The notes: generated by a model not told the origin, from the letters alone. 64,000 nucleotides of DNA from Camelus ferus (GCF_009834535.1 NC_045697.1:101558001-101622000), one strand, 5' to 3'; counted from the stretch's first letter, positions 14,301 through 26,769 are shown. Program-made: numbers and translations.

Positions 14301-15879
14301 CAGATAATCAAAGGTAACAGAATTTAGAGTTTAGATACTAGAAAAGGCTGGAAACTGATAACCAACTTGGAACTACAGATCAAAACTAGACAAATGAGGG
14401 TTAGAGAGAACACAGTTGCCAAGATTAAGACAAGTCACTGCATTGAGAACAAGGACCTATGAAAATAATGAAAGATCAAGGCGGGAAAGAGAGAGCAAAA
14501 ATCAGGTCAGTGAGGGAACTTCTGCTAGAACAAAAGCCAGTTCCACAATGCGACAGTCCAGGGCCTAAATACAGAAGGTAATTCACATCTGAAAAATGCT
14601 AAATGGATTAATCTGATTAGATGAAGACTATGAATATGTGGCATCCAAAACTGGGTAAATACACCCTCTAAGTTCCTGGGAATCTCCTGCAAAGCCTGTA
14701 AGAGGTTCTGCAAAGACTTTGCGTGCTTTTGTGAGCAAAGTATTTAAAAGTTTGAGGAAGAGAATGGATATGTATTATGATTAAGCTGCTTGTCAGAAAT
14801 GTTTGTATCTGTCCCAAGTTTCTAATGCATTTTTGCCTTTGTAGGACTATTTCTGTAAAGACACTGTAAGTGACCATTTCCACCCATTACTTACTTCTGG
14901 GGAAGCCTAAAAAACAGTCCCACTACCCAGAGTGAGGCGCCAAATTGACTTCTATAAATTTTCATGAACATTCAGAGGATTTTCAGACAAAACAAGTCTT
15001 TCCCACAGGCAATTATGCACCTTTGGGAATGCCGATGACAGCTCTGCACAGCTTTGAGCTTGAAGTTCACATCTATTCATTTTTAGATCAAAAGAATAAG
15101 AAATTTTCTCCCCAAAGCATAAAGAGGCTTAAAACAAAACTGAGGTGAAATATTAGAACACTGAGGTCATGATGATGCTGACTTAACGGAAACTGACACA
15201 CACTTCCTTATCGTCCCATAAAAAGAAAAAGAAGTGATGAGAGTTAAAGGGCAATAGAAACATGTAAAAAAAAAAAAAATCAGCTGTTGTTTAATTATTT
15301 ACGCCTAATTATAGCTTCAATAGGATCTAAAAATAATCATTGACATGACCTCTAAAACACCTATTCGGCTTTATAGGAACGAATTGGAAAAGGTCCTAAC
15401 ATACCAGTTGACTTAATACTGAAGATTTCCCCTCCACGCTCACATTTACCTCTCTCTCTCGCCACACATTGAGGAAGCATCAACGTTTAGTGCTAAACAC
15501 TTGGCAGAGGATGGGTGGTCATGGTGTATACTCTTTGGAGGTAAATTAAGGTTTTAGTTAGAGCATAGTGAAGAATGCCCTCCAGACATTACTCTGCTCA
15601 TGGACTATCTAAAACAAATCAGCCAAATTTCAAAATATTTTTAATTCCAAAAATAAATTTACTCCCTCACAATTTAAGAATTAAAAACTAAAAGAAGAAG
15701 AAATTTTCTCACACTATCGAACAAAGTGATCCTACATGAATGTCTGCTATACACCAGAAATTTGCTGGAGGTTGTGCTCTTGAAGTTGGTTGTCAGCTTA
15801 AGAGCTGAGGGGGGGAATTCTAGCAATAAAGGTGTGAATAATACATAAACTCAAAGGGAATGAAACTATCATGTTACTT

Positions 15880-18470
15880 GACAAATACCAGGCCCAAAGA
15901 AATAATTCTTCATTCAAGTTTAAAAACATCAGAAAGAAATGGGGAATAGGGGACCTTTAAAATAAAATTCCTCTGTGATATATACGAAAGAACTTAGCTA
16001 TTACCCTAAAAATACATAGAGATGTCTACCTCTAAATAATATTTACCCAAGAAATAAAAGCTTATATTGTTTTTTTAATCTCAGTGAAATATAAGAAATC
16101 ATGGACTCAGTGAAATGAGAGATATGACATACATGAAAACTGACCTGGCAGAGAAAAATTAAAATGCAAAGAAGACCTTAAGAAAGCACAATAAAATATG
16201 AAATAATTAAAATATGCACTGGAACATGTAAAGTACAGAATTAAGACTGCATACAACTTAATCAGTAACAACTTAGAGAAATTCCCCAAGAATTTGATAA
16301 CTACAGTGAAAAAGAAAATTCAATATTTAAATAGTCACCACCAGTGAGAAAGGGAGCAGAAGTAATCATCAAAGATTTATTAGAAGGGAAAAATAGTAAT
16401 GCCCTGAAGCAGAGGGGGAAAAAAAAGCATAGACATTGATAACTCAAAAGGCTTACCAAATTTCAGGCAAAATTTATATAAAATGGGTTAAATTAAATAT
16501 AAAGTAAACAAAATTTTAAATTCCAATATAAGATTTTTTTTAATTCAGGCAGAAATAGATTACCTTTGAAGAATAAAAAAGAAAGTCAGGCCTGTCTCAC
16601 TGAACCCAGAAAACCAGAACTATCTTCAGAATTTGGGGAGAAAAAAAATGTGGCGATTCAGACAAGATAACATGATGAAATGGCTTAACAAATATACTGT
16701 CCATCTATACATCTAATTGAAAAATTAAACACAAAAATTTCTTTACTATATTAAGAGAAAATAAAAAGAATGAGAAACTAGAAACATGAAAGGACTATCT
16801 CAAGCAATTTAAAATATGAAAACCTGAAAATATGATGTATTAGGGAATAGGCTGAGAAACTAAAACAAAAGACTTGCAAAATTCAATGGCTCACACAAGA
16901 TTACAGTTTACTTCTCTCTCTTATAAGAGTCTAGACAGGAAAGGCCGTCCCTGGTAAGTAGGCAGACAGTCCATGAGGTCATGTGAGGACCCAAATCCCT
17001 TCTACCTTCTTGCTCTGCCATCCCCTAGAGTGTTGTCCTCACGAATAAGGTTAAAGATGGAAAGGACAGTCATATGTACAATCTAGGCCACAGAAATTGG
17101 GACATAGAGGGTGTGGAAAGCAAGTCATTTCCTTATATAAAATTAATCTGGAAATTGCACACATTACTTTGCTTACATCCAGTTGAGCAAAACTTAGTCA
17201 CATGGCCTCACTTAGCTACAGGGAGATTAGAAACTAAAATCTCTAGCTGAATGGATATGTGACCAACTGAAACTCAGATTGTATGTGTGTGTACGGGAGG
17301 AAGTCTATTTAAAAAAAAAAAAGATGAGAATATCAAATACTGGGGTTCAATTTGTTAAGTCTTTGTTATTTATGTTTACAAAATTCAAAGCAAAAAGCAA
17401 AACTGAGTCTTGAAAGAGAAACAAGGTTGAAAACTATAACCAAATAACAAAAATAATAACATGTATAACTCCAGACTACATTAGGAAATCAAAAAAAAGG
17501 TAACGGAAAGGAAATTATGCTCAATTCTTTATTTTACATAGAATTCAAAAATTCTTATTCTTTAATTTAATTAGATAAGATTTAGTTTCAAGTTTCATTT
17601 TTAATTCAAGTAACTGTTTTTTAAAGTTCAAACAAGATTTTTATCTTTCAATCACCAGAAAAAAGAAAATGAAAATCAGAGACAAGAAATCTAACAACAA
17701 AGAAACATTCAAAATGAAAAAAGAAAGACAACAGAAATAAGATCACTGTAAAGATTTTGGACAAAAAATAACTGAACTCTCCTATTAAGCCAAAATCTAA
17801 CAATAGTCAACTTCAAAATTCACACCTAACATTTGTACATTAAAATTCTAAGAACAAAAGGAAACAAAGATTTAATAAGCAAAATCAGACCAAAGGAAAG
17901 CAAATCGTAACACTAATTTCAAACAAAGTAAATAAGCAATTTAATTTCAATAAAGATAAAACAATCATTAACTTTTATATAGGAAATAGAAGATAATACT
18001 GATGGAAAAATGATTTTTGTTATAAGAATTAGAAAAAAACTCTCTTTTTTACAAAACAAAGACTGACCAAGTTCTCCTAAATTTTGAGTAGTACAATTAA
18101 TAAGTTTATTTATTAGATAAATTAAACTTTACTTTAGAGGACATTTACCAAAAAAAAAAAAAAAAAAAAAAAATTACCATGTAGTAGTAGTTCATGAAAA
18201 TAATCTCAATAAATGCCAAGAAACATACATTGTACAGCTAACATTCTCTGATTGCAAAGTGAAACTGATAATTGTCAACAAAAATACCCAAATCACTTGG
18301 AAATATCAAAAAATCTTGCTAAATAAATCTAGCATGAAAAGAAAAAAATTAAAAGTGCAGTCATAAAGTATTGTTAAATTAAATACTATGGTTATTAAGT
18401 AAAAATAGAAATAAATGAACTCATAATTTAACTCAAAAGTGGTTGAGAAAAAAATTTCTTAAGAAGGCAA
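15880..18470 (+). mobile_element. Very old L1 (L1ME-type): ORF1 to ORF2 endonuclease region, interrupted
   Basis: A-rich block with ORF1-like 'gcagaagtaatcatcaaagat', 'aaaaggcttaccaaatttcaggc', 'aagtcaggcctgtctc' and endonuclease-like 'gaactctcctattaag', 'gaggacatttaccaaaa', 'aatctcaataaat...acattctctgatt'. Confidence 0.65.
16836..17350 (-). mobile_element. MaLR LTR, MLT1J-like, nested in L1
   Basis: 'ctggaaattgcacacattactttgcttacatccagttgagcaaaacttagtcacatggcctcacttagctacaggg'. Confidence 0.8.
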
Positions 18471-18484
18471 GATGAGTAAAAGTG

Positions 18485-18790
18485 TTCACTCTATTCAATT
18501 ATCTATCCTACAAATATTTGGTAAAGGTTTATTACATTCCAGACACTGTAGGCAAATATGTAAATAAGTGGACATATAAACAAGTCATTATGTAACAATG
18601 TTATTTAGAGATTAATGCTGTAAAGAAAAATAGAGTAGGATAAAAAGTTAGAGACAGAAATGGGGTAGAAAGAAGTTGTTATTTTAGATAAAACAGTCAC
18701 AGAGTTTATCTGAAGACGTGACATTTAAACAGACTTGGAAGACAGAAGTGTGCAGGATAAACAAATGTCTGGTGGAAGAGTTTGATGAAA
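18485..18790 (-). mobile_element. L2 3' end
   Basis: 'caaatatttgg...attacattccagacactgtagg', 'ctgaagacgtgacatttaaacagacttggaag'. Confidence 0.7.
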
Positions 18791-18929
18791 AAGTACAGAA
18801 ATAGGTAAATTAGAAAACGGGGAGCTGATTCTTAGAAAAAGTAGTAGAGGCACCTCTGAAAAATATCGCCAAGAAAAGTAATATGATCCAACTGCATGCA
18901 TTTAGATCTAAAGGATGCTATTAACAGAA

Positions 18930-19515
18930 ATGGTATATCATAGATAACGTCCAAGTATGGCCCTACAATATTACCACGTGAATCCCTATTAGACAAGTAT
19001 AGTGTCCCCCTACGTTGAATATGGGCTGGCTGGCTGTTGTAACCAATAGACTGTGGTGGAAGTGATTCTGTGTGATTTCCGAGGTTAGATCAGAAGAAAC
19101 CTGTAGTTTCTGCCTTGGTCTTTTAGAACACTTATTTTGGTGGATGCCTAGCCACCACAGCAAAATGCCCAACAATTCTGAGACCCACATGATGTGAGGA
19201 AGCTCAGTCTGGCATTGTAGAGAGACTAAATGAAGACACACATAGATGGCAGGCCAGTCCCAAATTTCTCCAGCCTTCCTAGCTGAGGTGTCAGACATAT
19301 GAGTGAAGAGGCCATCTTGTACATCCACCCCATTCAAACCTTCACATGATTTCAGTCTGAACACCATCTAACTGCAATCTCAAGAGACTCCCTAAGGAAT
19401 AAGTGCCCAGATGAGTCCAGCTAACCCACAAAATTGTTAAGAGACAACAACAAATTGTTGCTTTAAGCCACTAAGCTTTAGGGTGGTTTGTTTCACAGCA
19501 ATAGATGCCAGAATG
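18930..19515 (+). mobile_element. MaLR solo LTR, MLT1E/F-like
   Basis: 'accaatagactgtggtggaagtgattctgtgtgatttccgaggttagatc' ... 'ttgttgctttaagccactaagctttagggtggtttgtttcacagcaatagat'. Confidence 0.85.
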
Positions 19516-19609
19516 GTTTAACAATGAGAAAGAAAGAGAAAGAATGTTATATCACTGATTTAAAATGCTAAGGAATAACACCAACATTGTAGTTTTTAAA
19601 TATCATTAC

Positions 19610-19930
19610 CCACCAAAAAAGAAGAGAGATTTTTGAAGAAATGGCTGATCCCATGGCTAGGGAAGGAAGGTACAAGATGAGTTTGAAACATCCTATCCAG
19701 AAAATAAGAAATTATCAAAGACTACCGCTAGGATTGTATCATAAAGATTCAAGAGCCAACTTGAAAGGGGTACCACTGTTCACAAATGAAATAAATTCAG
19801 CATCAGTAGGAATATTGACTGTAACAGTTTGAAACATGTTCAGATCCCCAGTGCTTTATAAAACAAAAGGAAAAGGAACTTACCGGTCACAACTTGAAGA
19901 TGAAGAAACAAGTTATTATTCTGAAAACAA
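19610..19930 (+). mobile_element. L1MC/L1MD-type 3' UTR fragment
   Basis: 'gaaatggctgatcccatggctagggaaggaaggtacaagatgagtttgaaacatc...caagagccaacttgaaagggg'. Confidence 0.65.
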
Positions 19931-20067
19931 AGAAAGAAAATCAGAGTTACAAGAACAAAGCACCTACGGCAGTCTGTATAATGAAATGTAACTTCAGAAT
20001 CTCCAGAGTTTAGCACAGCTCTCAATATGCAGTAGCAAATTAATAAATGTTTTTAAGATGAAGGCAA

Positions 20068-21627
20068 GATGGAATGATGTCAACAAGATGACAATAAGAA
20101 GCCCTACTCTCCTCGGACACAATGATTCAACAACAATTCACAGCCCAATTCTCTGAGACATCCAGAAACCAGCTTAGAAGCTTCTAGCAAGTGCAAAAAC
20201 AGCCCTATTGAAGCCAGTAGGAAAGTCTGAGATTCCCTACCACTGTAAGCCCTCCCCCTGATAATGTGCCACACAATCAGGAGGAAACCCTCCATTCCCA
20301 GGATCAGCCTGGGGAGGGAATGAAAGGACAGGACAATATATCCTAAGTTCTGATATTTCTGGGCACTGCCTGAGGAACTAGTTTCTGCCTTGCCTGAATC
20401 TGAGCACTGACAGGAAAGGTCCACAGGTTGGGGGCTGCTGAGAACAAAGGCAGCAGTTTGGAAGAGCATGCACATGGTCATGTAACTCAGCCTTAAGCAA
20501 GTGGGTAAAAAATCCCAAATCCCAGTTTATCCCTGGGAAAGGAAAGAGTTAGACTGTGCATCCAATATTCCATCTTCTCTGGTTGCTGCCCAAGGGACTG
20601 GCTTCTGTCTTGCCTGTCACTGAGCACTGCCAGGACCCAGTTATATTCTAGATGCCTGAGAGGTAGAGAATAGAGGTAAAAGGCTTGGTGATAGTAGGAA
20701 TGTATCTCAACACAATAAAGTCTATATATGACGAGCCCACAGTTAACATCATACTAAGTGGTGAAAGGTTGAAAGCTTTTTCTCTAAGATCAGGAACAAG
20801 ATAAGGATGCTCACTCTCACCATTCCTATTCAACATAGTACTAGAAGTTCTAGTCAGAGCAATAAGGCAAGAAAAAGAAATAAAACATATTCAAATAAGA
20901 AAGGAAGAAACAAAATTGTCTCTGTTTACAGATGACAAGATCTTACATACAGAAAACCTTAAGATTCCACTGAAAGACTGTTAGAAATAATAAATTCAGT
21001 AAAGCTGCAGGATACAAAAATCAATATACAAAAATTAGTTGTGTTTCTATATACTAACAACAAACAGTATGAAAAGGGAATTAAGAAAACAATCCCATTT
21101 ACAATAGTGTCAAAAAGAATGAAATAATTATAAACCTAACCAGGGAAATAAAAGATCTGTACACTGAAAACTACAAAACATTATTGGAAGATATTGAAGA
21201 AAACACAAATAAGTCCTGTATTAATGGATGTTAAGATTCAATATTTTTAAATGTCCATAATACCCAAAGCAATCTACAGATTCAATACAATGCCTATCAA
21301 AATCTCTGGTATTTTTCTGCAGAAATGGGAAAAAACAATCCTAAAATTCATATGGAATCACAAAGGACACCGAATAGCCAAAACAACCTTGAGAAAGGAG
21401 AATATAGGCATTTACGGTCAAATGATCTTCAACAAGTATGTCATATGGGGAGTTGCTATTCAACAGGTATAAAGGTTCAGTTATACAAGATGAGTAAGTT
21501 CTAAAGAGCTTGTGTACGACATTGTGCTTATAGTTAATATTACTCTCATTCTACATGTGAAAAATCTGTTAAGAGGGTAGATCTCATGTTATGTTCCTAA
21601 TGTTCTTTTGCCGCAATTAAAAAAAAA
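20068..21627 (+). mobile_element. L1 (L1MA/L1MB-like): 5' UTR + RT segment + 3' UTR with large internal deletions
   Basis: 5' start 'gatgtcaacaagatgac'. RT segment ~20685-21400 includes 'tctctgtttacagatgacaagatc' and ORF 21251 '[15 protein letters not shown]'. 3' UTR from ~21445 and A tail at 21619-21627. Confidence 0.85.
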
Positions 21628-21655
21628 GCATGAAGTGAAAAATAAAGAGATGATT

Positions 21656-22570
21656 AAGATAAAAAACTTCACAGACAAGCAAAAACTAAAAGAGTTTAGC
21701 AACACTAAACCCATGCTAAAAGAAATATTGACAGGTCTACTCTAAATAGAAAAGAAGCAGGATGCTACAAAAATGAGAAACTCATAACTGGAAAGGAGAT
21801 AACTGCCATGAATTACAAAAAGAATAAACACAAAATTGTAAAAGAAGACATCTAAATCATTAAGAGTGGGAGAGGGAACCAAGGAAAGCCACTGTGGAAA
21901 ACAGTATGGAGATTCCTCAAAAGACTAGGGATAGACTTACCATATGACCCAGGAATCCCACTCCTGGGCATATATCCAGAAGGAACCCTACTTTAAAATG
22001 ACACCTGCACCCCAGTGTTCATAGCAGCACTATTTACAGTAGCCAAGACATGGAAACAGCCATGTCCATCAACAGATGACTGAGTAAAGAAGATGTGATA
22101 TATTTATACAACGGAATACTATTCAGCCATAAAAACCGACAACATAACGCCGTCTGCAGCAACTTGGATGTTCCTGGAGAATGTTGTTCTAAGTGAAGTA
22201 AGCCAGAAGAGAAAGAAAAATACCATATGAGGTCGCTCATATGAGGAATCTAAAAAACAAAACAAAACAAAACATAAATACAAAACAGAAACAGACTCAT
22301 AGACACAGAATACAAACTTGTGGTTGCCAAGGGGGTGGGGGGTGGGAAGGGACAGACTGGGATTTTAAAATGTAGACTAGATAAACAAGATTATACTGTA
22401 CAGCACAGGGAAATATATACAAGATCTTTTGGTAGCTCATAGCGGAAAAAAAATGTGACAATGAATGTATATATGTTCGTGAATAACTGAAAAATTGTGC
22501 TCTACACTAGAATTTGACACAACATTGTAAAATGACTATCACTCAACAAAAAAATGTAAAAAAAAAAAAA
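21656..22570 (+). mobile_element. Young camelid-type L1: ORF1 C-terminus joined to ORF2 3' end and 3' UTR
   Basis: 21659-21745 translates IKNFTDKQKLKEFSNTKPMLKEILTGLL* (ORF1 end). From 21887 the sequence closely matches the 6975-7653 L1. Poly(A) present; imperfect TSD aaagaga(ca)tgatt. Confidence 0.92.
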
Positions 22571-22624
22571 GAGACATGATTTTAAAAGCTAAGAAAACAT
22601 AAAGGTAAAGAGAGAGAGGAAGAG

Positions 22625-23141
22625 AGCCCTCCCCGCAGAAAAAGTAAACATTGGACACATGCTCCAACTCTTTCCCTCTCCAGGGAGAGGCCAGGAGTAG
22701 GGGATTTTCTCTGCACGGAGCTAGGGGGAGGAAATATTAAGAAAGAGTGTGTGCTAATCCAAATCATCACCTAATTCTCAGCTGCCCTGGAGCTGGCACC
22801 CTTTCCCGTCAGTGCTTAGCTTCAGGCAAAACAGAAACCAGTCCCACAGGCCGATCCCTGAAAAGTCTGAACAGTTGGATATATGCTTCATTCTTCTCTT
22901 TCCCTCACCAGAGAAAAGCCAAGAGTTGGGAGTTTTCTCCAGTCCAGCCTGGCAGAGTGGGTGCCACAAATTTTCCTACTAACTTTGATGTTGGCTGGTT
23001 TCACTGCTCCCCTGGAGTGCAGGTGCCTCTTAACTGATTCTCAATTTCTCACAAAGGAATTTGGTCCATTTATTGTTGAGTGGATGTCTCTGTTGGGAGG
23101 GTCTGGGGCTTCCTATTCTGCCATTTTGCTGACATCACCCT
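22625..23141 (-). mobile_element. L1 5' UTR fragment (L1MA/L1M-type)
   Basis: Ends 'ggggcttcctattctgccattttgctgacatcacc', the reverse complement of an L1 5' start 'ggtgatgtcagcaaaatggcagaatagg'. Confidence 0.75.
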
Positions 23142-23150
23142 GCAACTTAC

Positions 23151-23251
23151 TTTTTTTAATTGAAGTATAGTCAGTTATAATGTGTCAATTTCTGGTGTAT
23201 AGCATAAAGTCCCAGTCATGCATATATACACATATGTTCGTTTTCATATAA
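23151..23251 (-). mobile_element. ~100 bp L1 3'-terminal stub with TSD
   Basis: T tail followed by 'aattgaagtatagtcagttataatgtgtcaatttctggtgtatagc'; TSD aacttactttt at 23144-23154 and 23252-23262. Confidence 0.85.
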
Positions 23252-23546
23252 AACTTACTTTTAATTACAAATCAAGGAAGGCTTACAGTCCCTGGAAACC
23301 TTTGAAAAGTATTTTTATATGGCTGTTTCCATTAGAATTTCTAAATAAAGAGAGAAGGAAAGTAGTTAGTATGGCTGCATAAGTTTCTATGACCTATGAA
23401 GAAAGTGAGGATTCTCAGTAAAATGAAATATTTTTGCTGTATTTTAATTTATATGCACTTTTTAATGTAGGTTAAGACTTCCTTAGACTGTGATTTTTTA
23501 GGGCAAAAAGGGACAATTAAATAAATGTTTTAACAAAGGTCAAGTT

Positions 23547-23668
23547 TTATATATATATACATAAAACTTTATATATGTGCATGTATTTGGATTATATATA
23601 TATATACACACACATATATATATAAATACACCTATACATACTTATATACACACATACACACACATACC
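23547..23668. repeat. Degenerate (TA)n/(CA)n microsatellite
   Basis: Visible dinucleotide runs. Confidence 0.85.
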
Positions 23669-24074
23669 ACTAAAAGCAGTAAAGCTAACTCTGTACCATT
23701 GAGAAAAGATAGTTAAAGTACAAGGAAAAACCAAAAGGAAAACATGATCCAATACATAAATATTGTCTTTCAGGAAAAAATAAAATATGTAAAGTGTTTA
23801 ATACTGAATAAGATAAGATTATCTTTGATATATCAGGAAAACACTGATGTACACCACCCAGGTGACACCCAGTTATCAAATTTCAAGGGTTTGGGACTAT
23901 TTGCTAACATCTAAGAAGGACCATAGCCTTTCTGTGTGGAATGACAGAAGTCAGGAATCATGTTTTATGTTTTATTTTTATATTGTATTTTGTTTTGTAA
24001 TAACATAGACACGTATAGACAATATTAATGTAAAGTATCTTGGGTCCTGAGAAATATATATACTAGAATGCTTT

Positions 24075-24550
24075 TGTTAACAACTAAAAAAACCAAATCA
24101 GGGGTAGTATAAATTTTTTAAAGGGGACTTTAACATAAGACTATATGTAAGGGTATCTCAAAGACACAGATGCAGCTGGGCTCAGGACAAACAGAAACCA
24201 GGAGTTTAAATGCCTTCATGACTCTTTCTCCCTCCTTCACCACTGCTCATTCGTTAAAGTCAGCTCCAGCCTTCTTTCTATCTCTGCAGCCAGGCATTCT
24301 CTGCTTTTGGCGGAAAACATGGCCAATAAAAAATATTTAGTGTTGAAAATTCAAAAGACCCATCAGATCAAGACCAAAACTTAATAGCTTGGTTTCAGAG
24401 AGGTTCTGATTGGACCAGCATGGTGCATAGGTACGGCCAGGAGGCCAGTCCTGTTGTGTTAACATGGCTGTTGTCAAAACCCTGTAGGCTGAATTAGTGC
24501 ATGGGGGTGGGGGGTATGAATGCTCCAAGATCAAACAGTGGGGCAAGCAA
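24075..24550 (-). mobile_element. Old MaLR LTR (MLT1K/L-like)
   Basis: 'gagaggttctgattggaccagcatggtgcataggtac', 'ggcggaaaacatggcca', 'gcagctgggctcagg'. Confidence 0.55.
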
Positions 24551-24799
24551 TCCCATGAGGAAAAAAATATCTAATATTGAGACAGTTTGAAATGTTCCAA
24601 GCATGGAAATATGCCACGTGATTTGACAACCTCTGGATTTTGTTGCTGATATTTAAGTAAATGCTGTATTTATTTGTTGTTGGTGAAATAGAAAGAGAAT
24701 AGAACCTATAGTAAATGTTTAGACTAACAGTCTGTTCTTTTTGTCAGCGTTCCTTGTAAAGTAAAATAATTAGTACAGGAGCAAGAAATTAAACTAGCA

Positions 24800-25050
24800 A
24801 ATAAGTGCTAAATGGGACAATCATCCAGCACAGTGAACAGGAAAAAGATGTGACTGCTACTGTGGGAAAAACCACTGAAACAATCAGCCCACGCAAAAGA
24901 GCAATAAAGAAAAGAAAATGAGATACTGGGATATTCTTAGCTGAAGAAATAAATGCAAAAACAAAATGGGGCAGAGTGTTCTCCAGTAAGGTGTCGATTT
25001 GTTCCCATTTGGAGAATTGGGTGCAGAATGGATCTCCAGAATATAAAAAG
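24800..25050 (+). mobile_element. Ancient CR1/L3 LINE relic (RT thumb region)
   Basis: With frameshifts it translates LNGTIIQHSEQEKDVTATVGK..AIKK..NEILGY..ICSHLENWVQNGSPEYKK. The CR1 pattern is EKDLGVIVD..AAKKANxILGxI..VRPHLEYCVQFWSPxYKK. Confidence 0.7.
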
Positions 25051-26769
25051 CCACTAACTCAATAAAGTGTATATATTTTCCAGTCCAAGCACAAAAGTAC
25101 TGTAATAACTTTGACAAACTTGGATAAAAAGAATTTAATATTTCTTAGTGACCTGGTATTTACCTTATAATAAATGAACAAATAAAGAGTTTTAACACTG
25201 GCATTATGTTTGTAAACAAGGAGGCATTGAAAATTCATTAAGTTAAGTGTTGCAACCAGCAATACTGTGCCCTGTAAAACGTAATATGTTGAAAGGATTA
25301 CTGTGGAAGAGTAAATGGGAAAGAAATATCCTATGTGTCCACTTTAGTTAGGGGCTGTTATGGCAAACCAGTATCATTTATTTGAAAACTGATCCAATAC
25401 TTCCTAGAAATAGCATTCACCAGTACAGCTCTAGTAGTCATGTAAGACATTCACTTGTGGAATGAAATTATTTTATTCCCTTATCCTTAATAATGTAATG
25501 TTACACTACTTGCCTTTGCTAAAAAAAAAAAAAAAAAAACCCAAATTCAAATATCTTTCTCAGCTTCAGACTCTAATAAGTCTTTTGTAACTTCAAGAAC
25601 AGGAATCATTATCATTAATTTTAATTTTCTCATAATTCCTGATAAATTAATATGCATGCAGGAATGCTTAGTATGCTCATTCTAATATATGTGCAGTTAA
25701 ACCATTATTTCCTATCCACACTTATACTCATTATCTAGGAGTCTAAATGAGACATTTACCAAGATGCATAAATTTCTATGCCACTTGCTCTATGAAACCA
25801 ATCACTGCACTTAAAATGACATCACCATTTCAAAACCTTCAGCAGAACACATATATTTTTATTTTTCAAACATTTAAGACCAATGTCTGTTTTTGTTGAG
25901 GGTAAGTTATCTTAACAAACAAGATATTAGCCAGTATTCAGATATTCTCGTAATGTCATTGATGTTAAATTTGTCACAAGCAGATATTTGGGGACATAAT
26001 ATTTCCCAAGTCAGGTTTTGCAGAACTGTACTCTAACTGGACTTCTTATTGCAAGCCTTCTTTATTTGAGGCTCTTTGAAACAATACTGACTTTAATATT
26101 AGTAACTTGAAAATTACATGGAATCCCTACCTCTGCCATTCTGATGTGAAGAAAAAAATGTTTATTTCCTTTAGTTATATTTCACCTATGAGTCTTTATG
26201 TCAGTGTAGTGTACTTTTCACTGTTTCATTTACGATTTAAATAAAGCTCACTCTATGTGTGAGATTTTATTAAATTGTGTCATCTAATGATTTTACTTTT
26301 GTTCTGACCTGAGAGATGACTATATAATGACACAAACAATGTGTCTTGGTGATCATTGCTATTATGTATGTTCTACTTGCAAAAGATTCTAATTAAACTC
26401 AAGATGTAAATAAAATGTTAAGTACAATCATCAGGAAATGAAAACTAATTGTTAACTGTAGTATACTGGGTATATACCAGGGTACTTTGATCAAAAACAT
26501 ACTTATAAAGATAGCATTTTACATACCATTGAGCCTCTTGAAAAAATACTACTGGCTATAAGAAGAACACAAAAAAATAGTTTTTCCTTTTTTTTCATTA
26601 ATGACACTACCAGGCAATACCCAGAGTACACACACATCAACATGCACATATTCAATAGCAATTAAACTGTTTCTCAAAATTTCCACTAAACTCAGGAATA
26701 TGAAAGGCACTGGATTTCCAAATAGAAATCTGGGATGCTAGCAAAATGGTTCACAATGCTAAGAATGTG

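Noticed and set aside
18963..19367. 134-aa minus ORF
   Set aside because: It lies wholly within an MLT1 LTR and has no recognisable domain.
20104..20481. 125-aa minus ORF (ORF0-like?)
   Set aside because: It is antisense in a decayed L1 5' UTR with a non-ATG start call; nothing supports function, and ORF0 is described for primate L1s.
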